From an uncultured Verrucomicrobiae bacterium (GTDB lineage Bacteria; Verrucomicrobiota; Verrucomicrobiia; Limisphaerales; JAFGQR01): a DNA stretch of 64,000 nucleotides. The stretch covers positions 64,001 through 128,000 of the forward strand of contig CAWBHS010000078.1 in NCBI GenBank assembly GCA_963788655.1. The letters run 5' to 3'. The notes below the pieces were generated by a model. That model did not search any database and had not been told where the DNA came from. It worked only from the letters and a program-made list of their open reading frames with translations. Below are positions 10,496 to 18,482 of this stretch, one piece after another. The translations under genes were made by a program, and so were the position numbers. The number at the start of each line of letters is the position of its first letter. Position 1 is the stretch's first letter.

Positions 10496-12028
10496 ATGAA
10501 AACGAATTACCAACTTCGAAACCAAACGCTCGCCGTTGATCCATTACCCGATGATGCTTTTGACATGGGGAGCACGCCCGCCTCGGGCGCTGCCAACCGG
10601 CGCCCTCGCCGGTTGGCTCAGGAACGTCCAGGCCCGCCATACGGTGAAGGTTTTTATCATACCAAAGACTGGTTGGCGAGGCGCCAACCAGTGCGCCCGG
10701 GGCGGGCGCGCTCCCCAGTTGCACCGGGGCAAATTGAACTTTTTACCACTTCCCGGCGCGCCTTTCTCAAGCGGTCCTTGTTGGCTGCGGGGGCAACGCT
10801 CGCGGTGCCGGCTTTGGTGCCGTCATCCGTTCTCAGCGCAAACGCACCCAGCAACCGGGTGAACCTCGGCCACATTGGCGTGGGCGGGCAGGGGAGTGCC
10901 TTGCTGGGCGGCTTTCTCGGCTTGCCGCAGGGACAAAGTATCGCCATCTGTGATCCGATCAAAGACCGCCGCGAAGGAGCGGCCCGGCGGGTCGAGCAGG
11001 CTTACGCCAAGCAGCGTGACCGCGGCGATTTTTCAGGCTGCCAAACGTACAATGATTTTCGTGACCTGCTGGCGCGCGACGACATCGACGCGGTGGTGGT
11101 GGCCACGCCGGATCATTGGCACGTGCCGATTGCGTTGGCGGCGGTGCGCGCCGGCAAGGATGTTTATGTCGAAAAACCGCTTGGCCTCACCATGGAACAG
11201 GACCAGGCGTTGCGGGAAGCGGTTCACCGTTACGGTGCGATTTTCCAATACGGCACCCAGCAACGCTCGTTCAGCCGGCATTGCGGGTTTGCCTGTGAGT
11301 TGGTTCGCAACGGATACCTTGGCGATCTGAAGGCTATTCATGTCGTGGCCCCCAACGGCGTGACCGGCGGGAAAGCCGTTCCGCAACCCGTGCCCGCGGG
11401 ACTGGATTACGACCTTTGGCTGGGGCCCGCTCCGGTAACGCCTTACACCCATGACCGCGTGTTGGGCGTTGGCCGCTGGCACATTTACGATTACGCACTG
11501 GGCTTCATCGCGGGCTGGGGCGCGCACCCATTGGATATTGCGCATTGGGGCTATCCGCACATTCCTGTGGAATACGAAGGGACGGGGCTTATTCCCACAG
11601 AGGGATTGTTCGACACAATTGTGAATTGGGACGTGCGTGGCCGATACGCCAGTGGCATTGAGTTCACGCTGAAACACGGAGGCGACATGACCACCTTTGT
11701 CGGCACCGAAGGCTGGATCGCCGCTTCGCGCGGTGGCATCTCGGCGCAACCGGAGTCATTGCTGAAAGTGAAGATCAAGCCCGGCGAATTGCATCTCTTG
11801 CAGGACACGCACCATTACCACGATTTCCTGACCGGCGTGCTGACCCGCAAACCGCCCGTCAGCAACATCGATTCCGCCGTCCAATCCGACTTCATGAGTC
11901 ATCTCGGCGACATCTGCATTCGCACCGGGCGGACCATCCGCTGGGATCCGGAAAAGGAAACTATCATGGGCGATGACGCCGCCGCGCGCATGATGCGTCG
12001 TGCGATGCGGGCCCCATGGAGAATTTAA
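10496..12028 (+). CDS. Gfo/Idh/MocA oxidoreductase with Tat signal and N-terminal palindrome insertion
   Basis: TSRRAFLK Tat motif, IGVGGQG, ATPDHWH, VYVEKP, GTQQRS, WGAHPLD. Confidence 0.9.
   Translation: MKTNYQLRNQTLAVDPLPDDAFDMGSTPASGAANRRPRRLAQERPGPPYGEGFYHTKDWLARRQPVRPGRARSPVAPGQIELFTTSRRAFLKRSLLAAGATLAVPALVPSSVLSANAPSNRVNLGHIGVGGQGSALLGGFLGLPQGQSIAICDPIKDRREGAARRVEQAYAKQRDRGDFSGCQTYNDFRDLLARDDIDAVVVATPDHWHVPIALAAVRAGKDVYVEKPLGLTMEQDQALREAVHRYGAIFQYGTQQRSFSRHCGFACELVRNGYLGDLKAIHVVAPNGVTGGKAVPQPVPAGLDYDLWLGPAPVTPYTHDRVLGVGRWHIYDYALGFIAGWGAHPLDIAHWGYPHIPVEYEGTGLIPTEGLFDTIVNWDVRGRYASGIEFTLKHGGDMTTFVGTEGWIAASRGGISAQPESLLKVKIKPGELHLLQDTHHYHDFLTGVLTRKPPVSNIDSAVQSDFMSHLGDICIRTGRTIRWDPEKETIMGDDAAARMMRRAMRAPWRI
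10567..10716. repeat. REPIN-like palindromic element inside a coding region (family B, copy 1)
   Basis: ggggagcacgcccgcctcgggcgc...gcgcccggggcgggcgcgctcccc with internal ccaaccggcg/cgccggttgg and tggttggcgaggcgccaacca hairpins; second copy at 34710-34857. Confidence 0.85.
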
Positions 12029-12101
12029 AGCGGACCTTTCTTTTTTCAGTACTTGCATTGCGGTCCTGGCTTGTGGCAATTTCCCCGCCGGTTTCGTTGA
12101 T

Positions 12102-12177
<76 letters not shown>

Positions 12178-12302
12178 GCTTTTCAACCCTCACTGCCTAA
12201 AGGACTCACGGGATTTTTTTCTGTTCCTTAATTGGTTGTTTTTAGCTCCCCAAGAATCTGTTTATCCCCTTTCGGTCTCTTCTTTCAGGTTTTCAACCGT
12301 GG

Positions 12303-12659
12303 TTACGCCCCTTTGGCTTTGGCTTCTTCGGCCTTGGCCGCGTCGCTGGCGTTTCCAACCTTGGCGGCGAGCTGATCCAAATCTCGATTGATTGCCCCCA
12401 ACTGGCCTTGCATGGTCGCGACGAGTTCAACCTTTTGCGCACAGGCACAGTGCTGCATTGCTTGCGCGGCCTCTTTGGCTTCCTGTGTGACCTCGTCGAA
12501 CTGCGGCACCGTGGCTTCTCCGGTTTTGGTCGCCGAAAATTGCGCCGCCGGTTTACCGCCCACCGCGAAGGCGGTGACGGCTCGGCCTGACTCCGTTCCA
12601 ACTGCCAGCAAGATGCCGGCAGCACGTTCCCCTGTCCTGCCGGGCAATTGGGTGGTCAC
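12303..12659 (-). pseudogene. degenerate helical (coiled-coil) protein remnant
   Basis: Ala/Lys/Glu-rich helical stretch (EAKEAAQAM...AQKVELVATMQGQLGAINRDLDQLAAKV) with no credible start. Confidence 0.35.
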
Positions 12660-12667
12660 TTCCTATA

Positions 12668-12753
12668 GCGCTCAGAAAAATGGAGTCGGGTCTGGTGAGA
12701 TAAGTGGAGCCACCGGCTGAGCGGCAGCGAGCCGAGTTCTTCTTTCCAAGGAG
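12668..12753 (+). repeat. left terminal inverted repeat
   Basis: gcgctcagaaaaatggagtcgggtctggtgagataagtggagccaccggctgagcggcagcgagccgagttcttctttccaaggag. Confidence 0.92.
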
Positions 12754-12963
12754 GCGATCGGGGCTTGGCTGCCCGGTTCCGGTGCTCCAACAAAAATCCC
12801 CGTCCCACCTTCTCGACACACCCGTGCCGATCCGGTAGGACGAGGACATTCATAATAGCGTTAGCATCCTAAGCGAGAGTTTCGCTTTTTTGCAATAACG
12901 ATCGCGGAGCATTTTGAGTTTACTCCAGACTGGTATCGCGGGGCGAAAATCCGGCGGCTGATC

Positions 12964-13485
12964 TTGGATTACTACCAAGTCCTGCGATCGATATTGCGAA
13001 GGCAGCCTCATCGGCGACGGTGCCTGACCCGCTGTCGGCACTGCCGCATCTTTTTTCTCACCGATCCGCGCAATACCGGGCGCAAGGATATGCCCCGAGG
13101 CAAGCGCAAGGACTTGGCCTGTCCCTTGGGTTGCCGTGAAGCCCACCGGAAGCACCAGTCCACATCACGCAGTGTTGCCTACTACCGGACAAAAGAAGGG
13201 CGAAGAAAGAAACGGGACCTGAACCAACGCCGCCCGGCGGCTTGCCGCCGCCCAGCGCCCGCGCCGCCGCCCAACGCCCCGAACGCACCGGCCCAGGCCG
13301 CCCGCGCACCGTGGCCGGAGCCGGTGGTGGAGCATGTCCGGAGGGTCGTCAGCTGGATCGAACACCGGCACATCCGCCGAGCGGAGATCCTGCAGGTGCT
13401 GGCGAAAGTTTTGAGACAACAGGGCATAGGCCGGCGACGCCGGATCGATCACACTGTGGCCTGGCTCAATGAACATCCGCCTTAA
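12964..13485 (+). CDS. basic Cys-rich hypothetical protein (putative Zn-binding); the frame is open further upstream to ~12865
   Basis: CLTRCRHC...CPLGCREAH, Arg-rich; ends 11 nt before the parB-like ATG. Confidence 0.7.
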   Translation: MDYYQVLRSILRRQPHRRRCLTRCRHCRIFFLTDPRNTGRKDMPRGKRKDLACPLGCREAHRKHQSTSRSVAYYRTKEGRRKKRDLNQRRPAACRRPAPAPPPNAPNAPAQAARAPWPEPVVEHVRRVVSWIEHRHIRRAEILQVLAKVLRQQGIGRRRRIDHTVAWLNEHPP

Positions 13486-13496
13486 AGACATCCGGT

Positions 13497-14576
13497 ATGG
13501 CGCACGAGGTTGAACTGTCCGACTTGGACCTGCGGTACGAGGACTATCGCCTCAAACAGGCGGCGGTTGAAGCTCGGCTATTGACCTCGATTGCCCAACG
13601 CGGCATCGAGGAACCCCTGGAAGGCGTCGAGGTCGACCAAACCCAGGTTCTGCTCAATGGATTCAAGCGGTATCGCTGTGCCCGCAAGCTGCGCCTGAAC
13701 ACCGTGCCGTATACCTCCCTCGGCGCCGACGAGGTGAGCGGCATTCTGGGTTTGTTGCGCACGGCCAAGAACAAAAGCCTGAACATTCTGGAGCAAGCCC
13801 GCTTCATCGACGAACTCAAAAACGTGCGTCACCTGAGTGTGGCGGAGATCGCCACGGAACTCTCGGTCAGCAAAGCCTGGGTCAGTATGCGCCTGGGATT
13901 ACTGGGAGAGATGAGCCCCAAGGTACGTCAGCAGCTCTTCAGCGGTGCGTTTCCGGTTTATCCCTACATGTACCTTCTGCGTCAGTTCATGCGTATGAAC
14001 GGTGTCAAGAAGCAGGAGATCGAGCAGTTCGTCCTGGCCGTCAGCGGCAAAGATCTGAGCGTACGGGACATTACGCAATTAGCTCACGGCTGCTTTCGGG
14101 GACCCGCGTCCTTCCGCGAAGAGATTCTCAAGGGCAACGTGGCCCTGCCGTTGCGACAGATGAACCAGGTTCCTCTCGATCCGGAAGGATGCAACGAGTT
14201 CGAGCGGGTTTTGCTGAGCGACCTGGAAGTTCTCCAGAAGTACATGCAGCGCGTCATGGGCAAGAGCCAGGACCAACGCCTCCAGAGCCGGGTGTTCCAT
14301 TCCCAGTCGCATCTTTTAACCGGAGGGATTTTGAGCCGCGGCACGGCCTTCCTCCAAACCTTGAGACAACTCCATGATCGAAACGGACAAGCGCAAGGCG
14401 GTTTACCTACTCCACCAGGAAGGCATGAGCCAGCGGGAGATCGCCCGCCGGCTGGGCCTGGGCCGCAACACGGTGCGACGGATCATCCAGCAGCAGGGCC
14501 AGGTGGTGCACGCCATCCGCAAGGACAAGCAAACGATCGACCCGGATCTGCTCCGGCGCCTGCACCTGGAGTGTGA
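13497..14576 (+). CDS. ParB/Srx-like N-terminal domain + HTH protein
   Basis: SIAQRGIEEPL, LLNGFKRYRCARKL (variant of the ParB GxRR motif), HTH LSVAEIATELSVSKAWVSMRL. The last ~200 nt overlap istA. Confidence 0.8.
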   Translation: MAHEVELSDLDLRYEDYRLKQAAVEARLLTSIAQRGIEEPLEGVEVDQTQVLLNGFKRYRCARKLRLNTVPYTSLGADEVSGILGLLRTAKNKSLNILEQARFIDELKNVRHLSVAEIATELSVSKAWVSMRLGLLGEMSPKVRQQLFSGAFPVYPYMYLLRQFMRMNGVKKQEIEQFVLAVSGKDLSVRDITQLAHGCFRGPASFREEILKGNVALPLRQMNQVPLDPEGCNEFERVLLSDLEVLQKYMQRVMGKSQDQRLQSRVFHSQSHLLTGGILSRGTAFLQTLRQLHDRNGQAQGGLPTPPGRHEPAGDRPPAGPGPQHGATDHPAAGPGGARHPQGQANDRPGSAPAPAPGV

Positions 14577-15895
14577 GGGCCGCGTTCAACGCATGCACGA
14601 GAAGCTGGTGGAGGAGGAAGGGCTCGCCGTGAAGTATTCCACGCTGACCCGCCGGGTGCGGGAGTTGGGCTTGGGCGAACCGCCCCAGGTCCGTTGCCAT
14701 CGCGTGCCCGATGAACCGGGCTTGGAGATGCAGCATGACACCAGCGTTTATCGCGTCGAGCTGGGCGCGCAACGCGTCAAGCTCGTCGCCAGTCTGATCT
14801 ACCTGCGCTACTCCAAACGACGCTACTTGAAGTTCTACCGCCACTTCGACCGCTTCCACATGAAGTGCTTCTTGCATGAAGCCTTGATGTGGTGGGGCTA
14901 CGCGGCTCGCCAGTGCATCATCGACAACACCAACCTGGCGCGACTGCGAGGCACCGGCCGCAACGCGGTCATGGTCCCGGAGATGGCGGTCTTCGGTAAG
15001 CAGTACCGGCTTCGAGTTCTGCTGCCACGAGCTCGGGCACAGTAATCGAAAGGCGGGGGAAGAGCGCAGCTTTTGGACGGTGGAAACCAACTTCCTGCCT
15101 GGCCGCAGCTTTGCGAGCTTGGAGGACCTCAACCAGCAGGCCTTCGCCTGGTCGACCGAGCGCATGGAGCACCGCCCCCAAACCAAGGCGGCCATCATTC
15201 CCGCCAAAGCCTTCGAGCATGAACGCACCTTTCTGCTCCCGCTGGCGCCCCATTTGCCACCGCCCTACAAGGTCCTGCAACGGGGAACCGATGAATACGG
15301 CTACCTCAGCTTCGACGCCAATTACTATTGGGTGCCGGGCACCGATCGCGCTGACGTCACGGTGCTGCGCTACGCCGATCGGTTGAAAATCTACAAGCAA
15401 CGGGAATGTCTGGCCGAATATGGGTTGCCGCCCGACGGGGTCCGCAATGAGCGGTTTAGCCCGGAGGGACTGCCGCCGCCCCCCCACCATCCCAAGAACC
15501 GCCGCCAGCCCACCCAGGAGGAGGAAAAGCGCCTGCGGGCTATCGGAGCACCGGTCAGCGCCTACCTGGATTGGGTCCTCCCCCGCAAAGGTCCGGGGCG
15601 CCATCGTTTTTTAAGAAGCCTGCTGGCGTTGAGCCGGAAAATGTCTCCGGAGTTATTCCGGCAAAGCGTCGAGCGCGCGGCCCAATTCCGGATCGAGGAG
15701 ATCTCCACCCTCGAGCGCATCGCCTTCTTGTATCTGCAGCAAGGGACGGGCGTGCTGCCGGTGCCCCAAGTCGATGAGCAGTTCACGGAGCGCGAGGCCT
15801 ACTTGGAAGGCTCGCTGACCGAAGCCCCTGATTTATCCATTTATCAAGATCCTCCCCAAGACGATCCACCCCCACCACGCTCTGGACATGAATGA
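14374..15895 (+). CDS. istA: IS21-family DDE transposase IstA, +1 frameshift at ~15007
   Basis: N-terminal HTH (MSQREIARRLGLGRNTVRRII), QHD, IIDN. Removing one C at tacc(ggc) restores YGFEFCCHELGHSNRKAGEERSFWTVETNF and joins ORF 15080..15895. Confidence 0.88.
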
Positions 15896-16655
15896 CGAAC
15901 TGACGCAACCACTAAAATATCTGCGCTTGAAAGGGCTGCTGGCCCACTGGGATGAGTATCTCCAGTTGGCGGCCCAAAAGAACTTCTCCCACGATCACCT
16001 CCTCCGGCACGTGGTGCAGGAAGAATACCGGACCAAGCGGGAGAACGCCCGCCAGTTCCGCCTCCGCAAGGCCGCCATCCCCGAACCGCTGGTCATCGAA
16101 ACCTACCCCTTCGCCCGGCAGCCCAAACTGAACAAGAAGAAACTGATGGCGCTGTATGACTCCCTGAACTTCATGCGGAACCACCAGAACATCCTCTGGC
16201 TGGGCCGCACCGGGTGCGGCAAGACCGGATTGGCCACCAGCTTTTTGATCCACGCCATCAATCACGGCTACAACGGACGCTTCGTCTCCTTCGCTGAACT
16301 CATCACCGAGCTGTTCCAATCGGTCGCCGACCACTCCGAACGCAAAGTCATGCGCAAATACCTGGCGTGGGATCCCTTGTTGGTCGACGAGATCGGCTAC
16401 ATTCCCATCGAACCCGTCCAAGCGGGGCTCTTTTTCGATCTGATGCAGCGGCGGCACAAGAAAAAGACCACTCTCATCACCTCCAATCTGGGCTTCAGCG
16501 ACTGGGGTTCCTTTCTCAAAAACGACCACCTCACCGCCGCGCTCATCGACCGCCTGACCGAAACCAGCCATGTCTTCAACATGAGGCAATGCAACGGCAT
16601 CCGTGACCGCCTCAGTTCGGACGATGAACTTCCCGCCGATCCGCCACAGGGCTGA
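15888..16655 (+). CDS. istB: IS21-family helper AAA+ ATPase IstB
   Basis: LKYLRL, GRTGCGKTGLA, LLVDEIGY, ITSNLGFSDWG, AALIDRL; overlaps the istA stop. Confidence 0.93.
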   Translation: MNDELTQPLKYLRLKGLLAHWDEYLQLAAQKNFSHDHLLRHVVQEEYRTKRENARQFRLRKAAIPEPLVIETYPFARQPKLNKKKLMALYDSLNFMRNHQNILWLGRTGCGKTGLATSFLIHAINHGYNGRFVSFAELITELFQSVADHSERKVMRKYLAWDPLLVDEIGYIPIEPVQAGLFFDLMQRRHKKKTTLITSNLGFSDWGSFLKNDHLTAALIDRLTETSHVFNMRQCNGIRDRLSSDDELPADPPQG

Positions 16656-17493
16656 CCCACTGCGGGCCATCCCGTTGACCGCGGTGCTGCGGGCCTGGGG
16701 TGCTCAACCCGATGCCTCGGACCAGCGCAAGTGGCACACGCCTCAGGGTGTCCTTTCGGTCAATGGCGCCAAATTCATCAACTGGAGCCGCGGCGGGGGC
16801 GGCGGCGGCGCCATCGATCTGGTCATCCATTTGAACCGTTGCGGCTTCCGGCAAGCCCTGGACTGGCTGGCCGGCCATTTCCCCTCACCCCCAGCTCAGA
16901 CCGACCTGGGCTTGGCCCAACCCCAGTTCCAACTGCCCGTCCCGGATCCCGCCCAACTCGCCCGCGTCCGCCACTATTTGCTCCAGCAGCGCCGGCTGCT
17001 ACCCGACCTCATTGACCCGCTCATTCAAGCCGGTTCCCTTTACGCCGATCACCGAGCCAATGCCGTCTTCCTACTGCAGGGAGCTAACGACACTCCGGTC
17101 GGCGCCGAACTCCGGGGAACGACGGCCCAGTCCTGGCGGGGCATGGCTCCCGGATCCAAAAAGGATTGGGGCTTCTTCTCTATCCCTCGGGTCCCGTTTC
17201 CTCCCCAAGCCAATACGGGGCCAGGCGGCATCCTGCTGTGTGAATCGGCCATCGACGCCCTCAGCGGCCGCATCCTTCATCCGCAACTGGCGTGCGTCTC
17301 GACCGCGGGTGCTCGGCCCAATCCCCGCTGGCTTGGCCCGCTCCTGGCACAAAGTCGCACCGTCTATTGCGGCTTCGACACCGACACGACCGGTCAGACC
17401 ATGGCCCAGGCCATGATCGCCCTGCATCCGGCGGTCCAGCGCTTGGCGCCGTCGGACCACGATTGGAACGACGTTCTCGGTTTGCAGCCGTAG
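16624..17493 (+). CDS. DUF3991/TOPRIM (primase-like) domain protein
   Basis: GGGAIDLVIHL, ANAVF, GAELRG, TOPRIM motifs LCESAIDALS, GFDTD and DWNDVL; overlaps the istB end. Confidence 0.82.
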   Translation: MNFPPIRHRADPLRAIPLTAVLRAWGAQPDASDQRKWHTPQGVLSVNGAKFINWSRGGGGGGAIDLVIHLNRCGFRQALDWLAGHFPSPPAQTDLGLAQPQFQLPVPDPAQLARVRHYLLQQRRLLPDLIDPLIQAGSLYADHRANAVFLLQGANDTPVGAELRGTTAQSWRGMAPGSKKDWGFFSIPRVPFPPQANTGPGGILLCESAIDALSGRILHPQLACVSTAGARPNPRWLGPLLAQSRTVYCGFDTDTTGQTMAQAMIALHPAVQRLAPSDHDWNDVLGLQP

Positions 17494-17558
17494 CCCTCGC
17501 CGCTTCCGCTTCCTCCTTCGCTCCACTACTCGGAAACTGTTCTACTCGGAAAGCATGG

Positions 17559-17644
17559 CTCCTTGGAAAGAAGAACTCGGCTCGCTGCCGCTCAGCCGGT
17601 GGCTCCACTTATCTCACCAGACCCGGCTCCATTTTGCTAAGCGC
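17559..17644 (-). repeat. right terminal inverted repeat
   Basis: Reverse complement of 12668-12753 with 3 mismatches. Confidence 0.92.
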
Positions 17645-17674
17645 CGTCGAACCCCGCCGGATGAGCATGATGCC

Positions 17675-17770
17675 GCCGAACAAGATCACTGGACCGAACG
17701 CGGGCCGGCCACGGCGGTTGGCAATTCGGATGTCACTGGCCGCCCGCGTCGGTCAGTTCTGACGTTCACC
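17675..17770 (+). other. integron attC recombination site
   Basis: R'' GCCGAAC, L'' CACTGGAC, imperfect palindrome (cgaacgcgggccggcca / tggccgcccgcgtcg), L' GTCAGT, R' GTTCACC. Confidence 0.75.
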
Positions 17771-17772
17771 AG

Positions 17773-18133
17773 TCAAGCGTTGGTGCGGGTGTCGGTGATG
17801 AGGCCGCAGATGACGGCGGCGACGGTAATCATGAGTTCGCAGTCGTTGTAGTGGTCGTCGCGGGCGATCTGTTTCCAGATGTATTTGAAGCGGCCACGGG
17901 GGGCGGTGACTTCTTCGCGGCGGACGGCGGAGAGTTGTTGGAGGTAGTCGCGGGTGACGGCCTGGGGGATGGTCCATTCGCCGACGAGGCCGGTGGTAAA
18001 GTTGGCCATCAGGTCGCGCGTGGCGGGGTTGGCCCAGTTGCACGAATCCCAGGGCATCGCCAGGGGGTTGGCGCGGCAGCGTCTTGGCGTGCGGTAGTCC
18101 TCTGCCGCTATCGAAAGACAGGGGCGCGTGCAA
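17773..18133 (-). pseudogene. fragment resembling the C-terminal nuclease region of a lambda-GpA-type phage terminase large subunit
   Basis: EWTIP..VTRDYLQQLSA.RR...WKQIARDDHYNDCE pattern; a FDSG motif lies upstream in another frame. Confidence 0.5.
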
Positions 18134-18197
18134 ATGCGGCAGAGGACACAGCAGCTAAACGCAACTTTCTGAACCGGTGCTCCGCCGCCGCTGCTTG

Positions 18198-18335
18198 GTG
18201 TTGCACAGAATTATTGTCTGCTGTATCGCCGAGTGGCGCTCGGCAGGACATGCATGGTTACGGCAGTACTAGGAACTGCCAACGCCCGGCGGACGGCAAG
18301 GCCGCGATACAGCCGATTGAAAATCTGCGCTACAC
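18198..18335. repeat. REPIN-like inverted pair (family E)
   Basis: gtgttgcacagaattattgtctgctgtatcgc (18198-18229) versus gcgatacagccgattgaaaatctgcgctacac (18304-18335). Confidence 0.65.
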
Positions 18336-18482
18336 TTGGCGGCGGTCCCCATTGGCCCGTTCAACGGCGAAGATGCGTGTAAGGCACAGGGCGGGCCGGA
18401 CGCTCTCCAATCGCTGGCCTGACTGACAACCTACGGTGCCGGAACAGGCGCTGTTTGCCTACCGTCACCGTGGGAAGTTGCC

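Larger units (their letters stand above)
12668..17644 (+). mobile_element. IS21-family-related five-gene element with 86-bp terminal inverted repeats
   Basis: 12668-12753 matches the reverse complement of 17559-17644 at 83/86 positions. It encloses co-oriented Cys-rich ORF, parB-like, istA, istB and TOPRIM genes. The outermost GCGC could be a 4-bp target duplication. Confidence 0.9.

Noticed and set aside
12850..13155. Minus-strand 101-aa ORF at the left end of the element
   Set aside because: It is antisense to the Cys-rich ORF that fits the operon and has no recognisable motifs; treated as a shadow ORF.
15000..15015. Programmed ribosomal frameshift in istA
   Set aside because: There is no slippery heptamer at the site. 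A single extra C restores the frame, matching the indel pattern across the window.
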